From positions 124,001-188,000 of the IMG/VR virus record IMGVR_UViG_3300027770_000025: DNA of 64,000 nt; one strand, written 5' to 3'. The notes under the pieces were generated by a model. It worked only from the letters and a program-made list of their open reading frames with translations, had not been told where the DNA came from and ran no database searches. Made by a program: the position numbers and the translations under genes. The first letter of the stretch is position 1; every line of letters begins with the position of its first letter. This document shows, one piece after another, positions 18,636 through 27,760 of the stretch.

Positions 18636-19696
18636 TATTTCTTAAATCTATTTAATGAATTTGTCGAGATCATATTCCATTTAGCGTTTCCTATGAACTC
18701 TTGTAGAGTAGTTGCATTACTGTAACTCATTGCGGAGCTAAGATAGCTTTTGAAATTTTCTGTCCATCCAGATAAAGTGTATTCAACTGGTTGCATCCGG
18801 GTAACACCCTCACTTGTTTTTAAATCTGTCTTGCCCATAGCCTTCTGAGCCTCTTTGGTGCTCATTCCCCTGAACTTCTTAAACATCTTAGTTCCGTAGT
18901 TAAAAAGATTTCTAGTCTCGTCGGAATACTGATCTATCTTCTCTCCTGGCTCGGTCCAACCTTCACCCTTCGTATTAGCTAAATAGGTGTCGCCTGCGCT
19001 CTCTAAAGTCTTATTCAATATTGAACCAAGCATAACGTGATCTGCGCCTAAAGCGAGCGCTTTAATGATGTCTGCGTAACTTTTAAATCCTCCATCTGCA
19101 ACGATTTTTGCTGGTGTTTGTAATGTACAGCTAATTTCGTAGCATTCGTGTATAAGTGAAGCCATAGGATAGCCAATTCCAGTTTGTACTGTTGTTAGAC
19201 ACCCCCCGCCATTGCCTATACCTATTCTTACTAGATCTGCTCCTGCTTCGGAGAAAATCCTATATGTTTCTGGGTTGGCAACGTTACCAACCATTAAAAT
19301 CATGCTGCCACCATATAAAGATTTGGCTTGAAACGTTGCATCGAGTAAACCCTGCATGTGACCATTTGCAATGTCAATCAGAATATAATATTTTTCCGCA
19401 ACATCTACCTTTCCGTTATCTAAAAATATCTTCTTAAACTCATCCTTTCCAAATGATAAGAAGTTATTAAAATCACTATCTAAATTAACTCCGAACGATG
19501 GTGCCTTTCTGGGTCTCACCACATTTATTCCAGATTGCTGAAATAAAGAATAATTACGATCATCTATAACAGTGTCCATTGGTGCGGTGAATAATGGAAG
19601 ATACCCATTATCATAGAAAACATCAACCTGTTTTCTTGATTCAATCCTGCTAATCGCTGCCGGCTGAATTAATATGTCGTCAAAGTCAAATTTCAT
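18635..19696 (-). CDS. IMP dehydrogenase/GMP reductase family, no CBS domain
   Basis: FDDILIQP, APMDTV, DIANGH, GNVA, GIGNGGGCLT, ADGG, KALALGAD, FRGMS, SAMSY. Confidence 0.88.
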   Translation of the reverse strand: MKFDFDDILIQPAAISRIESRKQVDVFYDNGYLPLFTAPMDTVIDDRNYSLFQQSGINVVRPRKAPSFGVNLDSDFNNFLSFGKDEFKKIFLDNGKVDVAEKYYILIDIANGHMQGLLDATFQAKSLYGGSMILMVGNVANPETYRIFSEAGADLVRIGIGNGGGCLTTVQTGIGYPMASLIHECYEISCTLQTPAKIVADGGFKSYADIIKALALGADHVMLGSILNKTLESAGDTYLANTKGEGWTEPGEKIDQYSDETRNLFNYGTKMFKKFRGMSTKEAQKAMGKTDLKTSEGVTRMQPVEYTLSGWTENFKSYLSSAMSYSNATTLQEFIGNAKWNMISTNSLNRFKK

Positions 19697-19986
19697 TATG
19701 TTTGTTTTAGATAGTTAACGACTTCTTGCAGTCTCTCTGCATCGTCTGTATTAAATATAAATTCATCAAAAGCACCATACCTACATTTATAGCCAAAAAT
19801 GTATTTAATTCCGTATTTTAATCTTTCCCAGAAGGGTCTTTTATTCAAATGAACATTCGAATAAACCATGGGATATCCATCATCCTCACTATATAGGATA
19901 ACCATCTGGTGATCAGTGGAGTGGCATTCACAAATAAAAATTTCTGGTGCTTTAGTTTTCTTCATCATGTGATAGTGATTTAACAA
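19696..19986 (-). CDS. Hypothetical protein
   Basis: Packed ORF; CECH motif. Confidence 0.65.
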   Translation of the reverse strand: MLNHYHMMKKTKAPEIFICECHSTDHQMVILYSEDDGYPMVYSNVHLNKRPFWERLKYGIKYIFGYKCRYGAFDEFIFNTDDAERLQEVVNYLKQT

Positions 19987-20188
19987 AAGGTCTGTTCATG
20001 AAACATTTGTATGCTTCCCAAGTTCCTTTTAGTTGGTAAGTGTAATAGCCGTGCGTATCATCATATTCATTGACGACCTCGACAAAATACCTCTGGTCGC
20101 TGTCTTCGATCATGTTGTTAATGAATTCCTTCAGGATTACCCCATCTTCAGGAATAATCCCCACGTAAAAGTATATTTTATCTTTCAT
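19952..20188 (-). CDS. Hypothetical protein
   Basis: Packed ORF. Confidence 0.6.
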   Translation of the reverse strand: MKDKIYFYVGIIPEDGVILKEFINNMIEDSDQRYFVEVVNEYDDTHGYYTYQLKGTWEAYKCFMNRPFVKSLSHDEEN

Positions 20189-20200
20189 ATCCCTAGTTTC

Positions 20201-20404
20201 TTACCAGCTATCGACATCGGTTAAATCTAATTCTGTTTTTGTGTTGTGACTATAAACTACAATCTCACTACCAATTCCATTTGGAGTTATTTTCCAAGTA
20301 AATAATCCATACTCACCATAAATTGCTTTAATGTGTGATAACCATTCATCATACATTTCCTGTTGTTTCTCGTTGAGTTCCTTGTGTATTACAGTATTAC
20401 GCAT
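20201..20404 (-). CDS. Hypothetical protein
   Basis: Packed ORF. Confidence 0.65.
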   Translation of the reverse strand: MRNTVIHKELNEKQQEMYDEWLSHIKAIYGEYGLFTWKITPNGIGSEIVVYSHNTKTELDLTDVDSW

Positions 20405-20407
20405 CGA

Positions 20408-20842
20408 TTATTCTTCTTGATGTCTGTTATACTCCTCTTGCTCCTGGAATTTTCGATAATTGTCCAAATACATAAAGATATTTTTACCTCCTGCTGGATT
20501 CATTGAGTGGATAATGTATTCAGGAAGATCCTGTTTTGTATCAATGCAGAAATCAACCAACCATTTAGCGCAGTCCATTCCAGTTTTTTCTTGGAATGTT
20601 TCGTAGTTCTTGTTGTAGACCTCAGTACTAGCATGCATGTCAGAAGAGTAATGTTCATCAGCCAAATCATGATCAAAAGATATGATGTTAGGCAAGCCAT
20701 TCTTCCTGATGAAGTTAACAAACTCATCATAGTTTCTAACGATAACAAATTCGTTATTGAAATAGAATTTTGCGTCTGGCATGTACTGACAGCAGTCTTT
20801 TGGATTTCTTACATCATCCAAGAATAAATTGTATGTTTTCAT
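20408..20842 (-). CDS. Cyclic-phosphate-processing receiver-domain-like protein
   Basis: LFLDDVRNP, ISFDHDL, TGMDCAKWL, IHSMNPAG; beside kinase, phosphoesterase and ligase. Confidence 0.75.
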   Translation of the reverse strand: MKTYNLFLDDVRNPKDCCQYMPDAKFYFNNEFVIVRNYDEFVNFIRKNGLPNIISFDHDLADEHYSSDMHASTEVYNKNYETFQEKTGMDCAKWLVDFCIDTKQDLPEYIIHSMNPAGGKNIFMYLDNYRKFQEQEEYNRHQEE

Positions 20843-20851
20843 TTTTATTTT

Positions 20852-21301
20852 CTAAAGTTTTACCTCGAATCTTTGTCTCATTTTTTCCAGAGTTTCCACT
20901 GGAACGTTGTGGACATTTGAGCTACCGTGTCTGTTCTCTACGATAAGAGTTGTAACCTGATAACCATACTTCTTAGCAAGGTCGATATAGGCTTGCATCT
21001 CCCATTCTTGTGTGAATGTATTTGACACCACAATCTCTGGATAATACTGGGGATTGACCTGATGATCACTCATTCTGGTCTCAACCTCATTTTTACACCA
21101 CTCGTGGGCTTCTTTTAATCTTGATGCGTCAAAGTTATATTCCCCAGTTTCTTTGCTGTGAAAAAACTTATCAGCTTCACAAATAGCGTACTCATTCCAG
21201 ATATGATTTGCAAAAGTGCTCTTACCTGATCCTGGAATTCCTCTCACAATAAATAGCGTTGGGTTCAGTGTGTGATATTCTTCGCTTCTTACGTTTTCCA
21301 T
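20852..21301 (-). CDS. Polynucleotide-kinase-like P-loop protein (AAA_33)
   Basis: IVRGIPGSGKSTFA, EADKFF, VVSNTFT, HNVPVETLEKM. Confidence 0.85.
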   Translation of the reverse strand: MENVRSEEYHTLNPTLFIVRGIPGSGKSTFANHIWNEYAICEADKFFHSKETGEYNFDASRLKEAHEWCKNEVETRMSDHQVNPQYYPEIVVSNTFTQEWEMQAYIDLAKKYGYQVTTLIVENRHGSSNVHNVPVETLEKMRQRFEVKL

Positions 21302-21474
21302 TATTCAAAAATTATTCCTTCTTTTTCTACATACTCAACGAAAGCTTTTTCAGCTTCTTCTTTTGTTGGATAATATCCTATAATCTCATCATGAGTGATA
21401 GGATCATTAACTCCAAATTTTTCTCCGCCTATTGTAGAGAATACGAATGTGTCTAAAATTTCTTGTGTTACCAT
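21301..21474 (-). CDS. 57-aa hypothetical protein
   Basis: Not in ORF track. Hand translation MVTQEILDTFVFSTIGGEKFGVNDP... fills the operon gap exactly. Confidence 0.6.
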   Translation of the reverse strand: MVTQEILDTFVFSTIGGEKFGVNDPITHDEIIGYYPTKEEAEKAFVEYVEKEGIIFE

Positions 21475-21489
21475 TTTTTATATTTTTTT

Positions 21490-22131
21490 TTATTCTTCTG
21501 TGTGATGATCTTTGGGTAGAACCAGATGTTTAACGGGTCTTCCGTCCATGATCTTCAGTATCTCATTTAAGCTGTAAGGTTCAAGATTGTTTCCATCCAC
21601 ACCAACATCCATTGCCTTTCCTTCGTGGATTTTTAATCTTGGTGGTAGGTGAACATGCCCATGTAAATGCGGAACGTTCTTATTCATCCCATCCCAACTA
21701 GCTATTGGAAAGTGACAGCAAACAAATTGATATTTACCTACCACCTTACCCTCCGGTCTACGTATTTCTAAAACGTCATAACTGGAAACGTGTTTGAAGT
21801 GACCCTGTACACCTTCTTTATTATTACGAATGTGATGATCGTGATTACCTAAAAATAGAATCACGTTCTTGCAAGCAATTCTCTTTCTGAACTCTATAAT
21901 GGATTCAAATCCACCAAAGCTCCAGTCACCCATGTGGACCAGATAATCATCAGCACCAACAACTGAGTTAATGCCGCTTACAATCGCATCGTTCATTTCA
22001 CCTAATGAATGAAAGTCACGTGTACCTCTTCCACCTCCCCAATTTGACGTTGCCCGACAGATATTAGAGTGATTAAAATGCGAATCACTACTGAAAAATA
22101 TGTTCTGATTTTTTTCTAATACTATTTTCAT
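21490..22131 (-). CDS. Calcineurin-like metallophosphoesterase
   Basis: SDSHFNH, HMGD, LGNHD, HFP, HLHGHVH, DVGVD. Confidence 0.9.
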   Translation of the reverse strand: MKIVLEKNQNIFFSSDSHFNHSNICRATSNWGGGRGTRDFHSLGEMNDAIVSGINSVVGADDYLVHMGDWSFGGFESIIEFRKRIACKNVILFLGNHDHHIRNNKEGVQGHFKHVSSYDVLEIRRPEGKVVGKYQFVCCHFPIASWDGMNKNVPHLHGHVHLPPRLKIHEGKAMDVGVDGNNLEPYSLNEILKIMDGRPVKHLVLPKDHHTEE

Positions 22132-22134
22132 TTC

Positions 22135-23274
22135 TTAATCTTTTTTAATCCATTTTGAATCTGCTGGAATTTCTTCTTCCTTATTCCAGAAAGGTTTTTG
22201 GTATTTCGGTTTTATCATTTTCCATATGATGTGATCGTAATTCTTTCTGTCCCACATTGCAAAACAGATAGATCTTATGCTTGGTTCAACCCCACAAAAT
22301 TCTAAGTGCTCTGCAAATTCTTTTTTGGTAGGCTCGGGATCACGATCCCTATATTTTCCATATCTGAAATAGTCATGGGTTTTACCTGCTCTTTCCCCTA
22401 TTCTATATTTATAATATTGCAAATCGCTTATTGTCTCTTTAACCCATTTATCGAACTCATCTGGCACTCTATCTAAAAACTCGTCCAGGCTCTTACCATC
22501 TTTTAAAAGCTCCCAGATATCAACGTTTGAAAAGCTGGTTAGCAACCTATGTAGCCTAACGTACTCCTCACCTTTGATCTTCATTCTGAATCCAGATTTG
22601 AATTTGATTACAAATCCTTCCGCATTGCTCTCGATCATAGATTTCAGCTGTTTGTAATCCTGAACGCCGTCGTACTTCTTAACGATCTTAAATCCTAGGT
22701 TGTTGTAGAGATTAACAAATCTAATACCTTCAAGGTGTATGTCATTGTCATGTATTCTAAGCTCGTAGCCATCCTTGTTATCAATAACAGCAAGCATAAC
22801 CAAATCTTCATATCCATAATCAACTACGATTCTATTTTCAGGGTAGAGGATCTCAAAAAGGTAGGTGAATCCAGGAATTAGTTTATCGTACCTGTATTTG
22901 CTTAGTATCTCCTTACCTTTTATTGCCTGCTCAGAAACAAAGGATCCTCTGGTAGCTAAATGCCAGTCACCTTCGTAGTGGAAAAGAATCCCTAATGATC
23001 CGTCCATCTTTTCAAACACCTCAAACTCCTCATTAGGAATTTCTTCCGGCTTGTGCTCTTCCATATTAAAGAATTTTGGAAAAGTTCTAGCCACAATGTT
23101 ACCCTCACGATCTAAAACTGTACCCCTCATATTTAGCGTAACACTATCCCAAGCTTCGCTATATTGACAATCTCTTGAATAGTTATAAATATCAAGAGGC
23201 AATGTTGGGTGAGAATTCTTAATTAGAAGTCCACGCTCAATATAATCGTTCAATATGTTTAAATCATATTTCAT
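22135..23274 (-). CDS. T4 Rnl1-like RNA ligase
   Basis: RGTVLD..FPKFFN, EKMDGSLG, ATRGSF, FEILYPENRIVVDY, EGFVI, KIKGEEY. Confidence 0.88.
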   Translation of the reverse strand: MKYDLNILNDYIERGLLIKNSHPTLPLDIYNYSRDCQYSEAWDSVTLNMRGTVLDREGNIVARTFPKFFNMEEHKPEEIPNEEFEVFEKMDGSLGILFHYEGDWHLATRGSFVSEQAIKGKEILSKYRYDKLIPGFTYLFEILYPENRIVVDYGYEDLVMLAVIDNKDGYELRIHDNDIHLEGIRFVNLYNNLGFKIVKKYDGVQDYKQLKSMIESNAEGFVIKFKSGFRMKIKGEEYVRLHRLLTSFSNVDIWELLKDGKSLDEFLDRVPDEFDKWVKETISDLQYYKYRIGERAGKTHDYFRYGKYRDRDPEPTKKEFAEHLEFCGVEPSIRSICFAMWDRKNYDHIIWKMIKPKYQKPFWNKEEEIPADSKWIKKD

Positions 23275-23276
23275 TA

Positions 23277-23744
23277 TTAGAGAATTTTATTATCGTTGTC
23301 AAGTTTTCTTTCTATGTGTGCTGCAATATCAATGATGGAGTTGCTATCAATCCAATTGTAACTTTCCCCGTTAAACACAACAGAGAAATCTCCGTCAGTC
23401 CAATCATAAACAGCTTTATCAAATTTCTTGATCTCGACTGTCTGCTTGTTAAGTTCATTTATTAGATCGTTAAATATCTTAGATCCTCCTCTATTTCTCT
23501 TGCTTCTCGTTCCAAAATATTGTGTACCCTCGTGATTAGCGCATCTTAGCATAAGATGCAGTGTCTTGTAATCCTTTACCTTCTCGTAATTGTCAAGAAT
23601 GTAAATCTTTGCTGCTTCTACAAGAGATCTTGTTTCTGCAGAAAGTTCTATGTAGAGGATTTCAAAGTTTCCACCGTTATATTTTTTACCCCCTCTGATT
23701 ACGGAAAGAACTTCTTCTTCACCTTTTGATACGTCTACTAGCAT
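23277..23744 (-). CDS. Hypothetical protein, first gene of the RNA-repair operon
   Basis: ORF directly under an early promoter. Confidence 0.7.
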   Translation of the reverse strand: MLVDVSKGEEEVLSVIRGGKKYNGGNFEILYIELSAETRSLVEAAKIYILDNYEKVKDYKTLHLMLRCANHEGTQYFGTRSKRNRGGSKIFNDLINELNKQTVEIKKFDKAVYDWTDGDFSVVFNGESYNWIDSNSIIDIAAHIERKLDNDNKIL

Positions 23745-23768
23745 AATTAGGTTTTAAGTATTCTATTG

Positions 23769-23800
23769 CAATATTAAATAAATCTTTCGGGGTAAAAAAA
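23769..23800 (-). promoter_or_regulatory. Early promoter copy
   Basis: TTTTTTTACCCCG-N11-TAATATTG. Confidence 0.7.
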
Positions 23801-23898
23801 TTAAATCGGAAGTTTTACCCCACTTAAAAAGAATATTGGGACGTGGGCATAAATTTCTGTTGTTTTAGGGGAACCCGTAATTGAAAATATAACCCAAA

Positions 23899-24498
23899 TT
23901 AAGCTACATTAACGTTTTCTGGCTTAGATTTAGCCGTTAAATCGTTTTTGGAATAAAAATATGTTTTCCCAGCATAATTCCAGAAAAAAGCATTGTTACT
24001 TTTGTTACTTTGTCTCTCTATGGGTTTAGCTGCTCCACCACTTTTTGGTTTATCAGCTAAAAACTCAGTTCTAGACTGAACGTGTTTACCCGCTTCGTTG
24101 GATAGTTTTACGTCCTTTTGAGCCAATATGGAGTTGTTGATAGCAAGGGTAGCTTTATTTCTATCTACTTTCTTTGTTTTCATGTATACTATTATAGCCT
24201 TGTCCTTGGAGTTTATTGAATTCCAATCCGCTCCTCTCTTCTTTCCAATGCTAACAGGCTCATATTGGCCTTTATAAAGAATTATTTCCTTAATTGTTTT
24301 TCCGTAAGGTTTCTTAGGAACTGCTAATCTATTATAAATCGATTGTGCTGTATCTGCCATAGCCTGCTTTTGATCTGAAAAATTCTCACATGCCATTATA
24401 GTTATTAAAGTCCAATACTCCGAATTATCTATTGCACCTGGTGTATTAGACTTCTCGTTGAGTTCGTTAAATTGATTAAATTCTAATACATTTATCAT
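23899..24498 (-). CDS. SleB/Hydrolase_2-like cell wall hydrolase with capsid-targeting-like N-terminus
   Basis: ACE..MADTAQSIYNR..YGKTIKEIILYKGQYEP; start MINVLEFNQFNELNE at 24498. Confidence 0.65.
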   Translation of the reverse strand: MINVLEFNQFNELNEKSNTPGAIDNSEYWTLITIMACENFSDQKQAMADTAQSIYNRLAVPKKPYGKTIKEIILYKGQYEPVSIGKKRGADWNSINSKDKAIIVYMKTKKVDRNKATLAINNSILAQKDVKLSNEAGKHVQSRTEFLADKPKSGGAAKPIERQSNKSNNAFFWNYAGKTYFYSKNDLTAKSKPENVNVA

Positions 24499-24670
24499 AA
24501 TGTTTCTATTATAAATGGAATCCCAGCAAGAGATATTTATCCTTGATATTTCCAAATGCTATCTTCGAATTCAGATTTAATCATAGGATAATATATATCC
24601 TCTTTCGTTGTAAATATTACCTGATTTGCCGTATTCTAATGAATAAGAATATCCAGATTAGAGAAACCTA

Positions 24671-26119
24671 CTAGAATCTTTTCAGAACATAGAGCTTTCT
24701 ACTTGATCTGGTATACGCAGTGTACTTGATTCTATTGCGTTCTACGATTTCCCAGTTCATATCAATATCATCCTCCAGAACGAAGGTTGTGTTGTATGTG
24801 CTTCCTTGTGACTTGTGGGCGGTTATGCAATATCCGTAATTCACATCCGCATACTTTCTAAGAAAGTTATAGTACACCAACCAGCTTTTATCTTTGCCTT
24901 TCTTTTCAATAGCTCTAAGCTTTAGCATATTAGCCAGCTTTTTAAAATCCATCTCGCTGTCTTCGTGTAAGATCTGTATGTTAACCCTTACTGTTTCATC
25001 CTCATCATCAAGATAGCTAACAACAGTTTCATAATACTTTAGTGTTATTGGAAATGGTTCGGCATCAGGATGATCAGATACGTGGTATCTAAGATCATCG
25101 CTATCTATAACAAAACTATCCACACTGAATTCGTCGTTGGTGTTCAGAACTATAGACTCACCTTGAATGATTGGATTGTTTGCTATTAGCTTTTCCCCAA
25201 CTAATATCTTTGATCCTAATGCTTCGTCTCCGTAGATAACTTTACGGATAACATCATTCATGGTTGCAACAGTTTTATTTCTCCATGCAATGATCTTTGC
25301 ATACTCAGAATCTTTTTTGAATTCATCAGTGACAAAATAGCGTCTCAGTATTTCTGAGAATCCCTTTCTTGTCTCGGGAATATTGAGATTGAGAAATTCT
25401 ATTCCTTCACCTTTCTCATTTAACTTTGTAACGGGTTCAACTGGATTTTTCGATCTACCAAGCTCAGATCTAATAGCAACAGATGATTCAATAATAGCAT
25501 TATCTTTCTTCTGACGCATGATCTGTTTTAAATTAAGTGTTTTAATTCTATAACCTGCAGCCAGCTCTTCTCTAAAAGGAATACAATCGGGTTTACCTAC
25601 TGGAGGAATCTGCGCTGGATCGCCCATGCAGATAATTTTTATTCTATCTCGGTATTTTAATACTTCCTGAAACAGATCATCGTTCAGCATCGAAACCTCA
25701 TCGATAATAAGTAACTTTACAGTCTTAATCTTCGGCTGAAAATCCCCTTGGTTAACAAATTCTTGCACACCTTCCTTGGTTATCCTTTCGGTTAGACCAA
25801 GCATTTTATGAATTGTCTGAAACGAAACCCTAGGATTTTTAAGTCCACTGGTTTTCTTAATAACTCTCACTGATTTATTAGTTGGCCCTGTAACTGCTAT
25901 TCGATACCAATTATGAGTTGGGTGTATCACCTCAAGAACATATCTAACAAGCACACTCACACAATAGGTCTTTCCTGTTCCTGCCCAACCTTTCAACACA
26001 TAAACGCTATCATCTCCCTTATCACAGATGAAATCCCTTAGATCTTTAAAAGCTGTCTTCTGATCTGAGTTAAGAGATTCTAAATCTATTATTGGTTTTA
26101 TCTTTTTAACTTTAGCCAT
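24671..26119 (-). CDS. dda: SF1B 5'-3' DNA helicase, T4 Dda/RecD-like
   Basis: GWAGTGKT, TIHKML, IIDEVSM, GDPAQIPPV, QIMRQ, TAHKSQGST, YTAYTR. Confidence 0.85.
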   Translation of the reverse strand: MAKVKKIKPIIDLESLNSDQKTAFKDLRDFICDKGDDSVYVLKGWAGTGKTYCVSVLVRYVLEVIHPTHNWYRIAVTGPTNKSVRVIKKTSGLKNPRVSFQTIHKMLGLTERITKEGVQEFVNQGDFQPKIKTVKLLIIDEVSMLNDDLFQEVLKYRDRIKIICMGDPAQIPPVGKPDCIPFREELAAGYRIKTLNLKQIMRQKKDNAIIESSVAIRSELGRSKNPVEPVTKLNEKGEGIEFLNLNIPETRKGFSEILRRYFVTDEFKKDSEYAKIIAWRNKTVATMNDVIRKVIYGDEALGSKILVGEKLIANNPIIQGESIVLNTNDEFSVDSFVIDSDDLRYHVSDHPDAEPFPITLKYYETVVSYLDDEDETVRVNIQILHEDSEMDFKKLANMLKLRAIEKKGKDKSWLVYYNFLRKYADVNYGYCITAHKSQGSTYNTTFVLEDDIDMNWEIVERNRIKYTAYTRSSRKLYVLKRF

Positions 26120-26124
26120 CTATT

Positions 26125-26334
26125 TTACTCTCCCTTTTTTAATCGATATAGATTTATAGCGATCACTAATATGTTCATTATTATTATAGGGTATGCTGAC
26201 AAAAAAATTCCATATACAACAAACATTGAGCATGCTATGCTGTTTATAATTCTTAGTTTGCTGAAATCCTTCATAGTCATGGAGTAAAGAACAACCAGCA
26301 TTGATAGGTATCCGAATATTTCTATTTTAGTCAT
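26125..26334 (-). CDS. YgjV-like small inner-membrane protein
   Basis: Three hydrophobic segments; LRIINSIACSMFVVYG, MNILVIAINLYRL. Confidence 0.7.
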   Translation of the reverse strand: MTKIEIFGYLSMLVVLYSMTMKDFSKLRIINSIACSMFVVYGIFLSAYPIIIMNILVIAINLYRLKKGE

Positions 26335-26417
26335 GTGGAATATAAAATTATGGGGTTACCTTAAGCATTCTCTTCTGAAAGCTTAGCATTTTTCTTATGA
26401 GATTAAAATTCTCCATT

Positions 26418-26645
26418 CTATTTTTTATTATTTTCTTTTTCTACTAGATGCACGTTGTGCTTAATGTCGCCGATAACAGCTACCTTTTTTAGATCTTCTC
26501 CTTGGATGTCATACCATCCGTCGGAAAGTGGATCCTCACCCACCTTAACCGCATCAATTTTCCAGATTGTGTTTTCTTTGCCGAAATAAATCGCCATTGG
26601 CTCTAGCCATTGACGATTTCTAGAGTCCCATATTTTTATGTCCAT
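26418..26645 (-). CDS. Small hypothetical protein
   Basis: ORF under an early promoter. Confidence 0.65.
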   Translation of the reverse strand: MDIKIWDSRNRQWLEPMAIYFGKENTIWKIDAVKVGEDPLSDGWYDIQGEDLKKVAVIGDIKHNVHLVEKENNKK

Positions 26646-26665
26646 AATACATAGCTTCTTTGAAG

Positions 26666-26697
26666 CAAAAGTAATATCTGGCTACGGATAAAAAAAA
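26666..26697 (-). promoter_or_regulatory. Early promoter copy
   Basis: TTTTTTATCCG-N11-TACTTTTG. Confidence 0.7.
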
Positions 26698-26757
26698 TAT
26701 TTCCGCAAAAAAAATTCCAACCTTTTGAGCTGGAATTTTAAAATTATGAGGTTATTC

Positions 26758-27759
26758 TTATTCTGTCTTTTTATCCTCTGTGCTAGCTGGTGTTTCTGTG
26801 CTAGTATCGGGAGTTGGAGAGGAAGAAGTTGGCTGAGGAGTAGGTGCTGGCTGTTCTGGTTTACCTGGTGCTGGTTTACCTCCGGGTTTACCTGGTGCTG
26901 GTTTAGCTCCTGGTTTACCTGGTGCTGGTTTACCTGGTGCTGGTTTACCTGGTGCTGGTTTACCTGGTGCTGGTTTAGTTGATTTGTAGTTACCTTCTTT
27001 ATTTAGTATTTCACTAAAATCTTTATTCTGTTTCAAAATAGATTCTCTAGCTACCTTACGAACTAAATATAAGCTACCGAGTGTTTGTCCAACTTGTTTG
27101 GATAATAAAACAGATGGATCTGCTTTAACCGAAGCAATCAATTTCTGGAGTGAATTCACATAAATTGCAGAGATCGTCTTCATCTGTTGACTTGCTGCAA
27201 GTTCTTTTCTAAATTCTGCAGGATTATTTCCTGCTTTTTTCATAGAATCTGCTATTCCCTTACTTACTGATATTAATAGGCCGTTTACCTTGGGATCTAC
27301 TGATTCCTGACCCATTCCTTTAGAGATCTTACCTGTAATTGATGAGATAAAAGATTTTATCTTGCCCATTAAGTCAGAGCTGTCGTTCTTTCCCTCATTT
27401 AACCCTTCGTCCAATCCTTCTTCTAAACAGGCTTGATCTAGGAAATCCCATTCGGGTAGATTTTCTTTTTCGTGAACTCTTGATTCTACGAATTTTGTGA
27501 ATTTAATTATGTTGTTCATATTTTCTGGTTTTTTTTCTTCGCTTAATTTTTGATTTGGCTGCATAACAGGAGAGTTCTGAAGCCATTTAGAAATACCTAA
27601 AGTTTTAGCTGCCGCTCTCTCGTGATATGCCTTATGAGGAAATGCTCCACATGTTGGGCATTCTTTTTCACTGTCTTCTATGCTTTTTCCGCAACCAGAA
27701 CAAACGTCCTGTCTTTTTCTTTCTGTTACGAATTGGGTTATTTGTTTTAGTTGCTTCAT
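26758..27759 (-). CDS. Probable internal head protein with Zn ribbon and PAPGK repeats
   Basis: MKQLKQITQFVTE; CSGC..CPTC; second motif MNNIIKFTKFVE; Pro-rich tail. Confidence 0.75.
   Translation of the reverse strand: MKQLKQITQFVTERKRQDVCSGCGKSIEDSEKECPTCGAFPHKAYHERAAAKTLGISKWLQNSPVMQPNQKLSEEKKPENMNNIIKFTKFVESRVHEKENLPEWDFLDQACLEEGLDEGLNEGKNDSSDLMGKIKSFISSITGKISKGMGQESVDPKVNGLLISVSKGIADSMKKAGNNPAEFRKELAASQQMKTISAIYVNSLQKLIASVKADPSVLLSKQVGQTLGSLYLVRKVARESILKQNKDFSEILNKEGNYKSTKPAPGKPAPGKPAPGKPAPGKPGAKPAPGKPGGKPAPGKPEQPAPTPQPTSSSPTPDTSTETPASTEDKKTE
26857..26976 (-). repeat. 15-bp coding tandem repeat (TGGTTTACCTGGTGC on +, PAPGK)
   Basis: Four perfect units at 26911-26970 plus degenerate copies. 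Confidence 0.95.
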
Positions 27760-27760
27760 A

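Noticed and set aside
26725-26982. + strand ORF with striking WFTWC repeats
   Set aside because: Antisense reading of the PAPGK minisatellite in 26758-27759; no independent start context.
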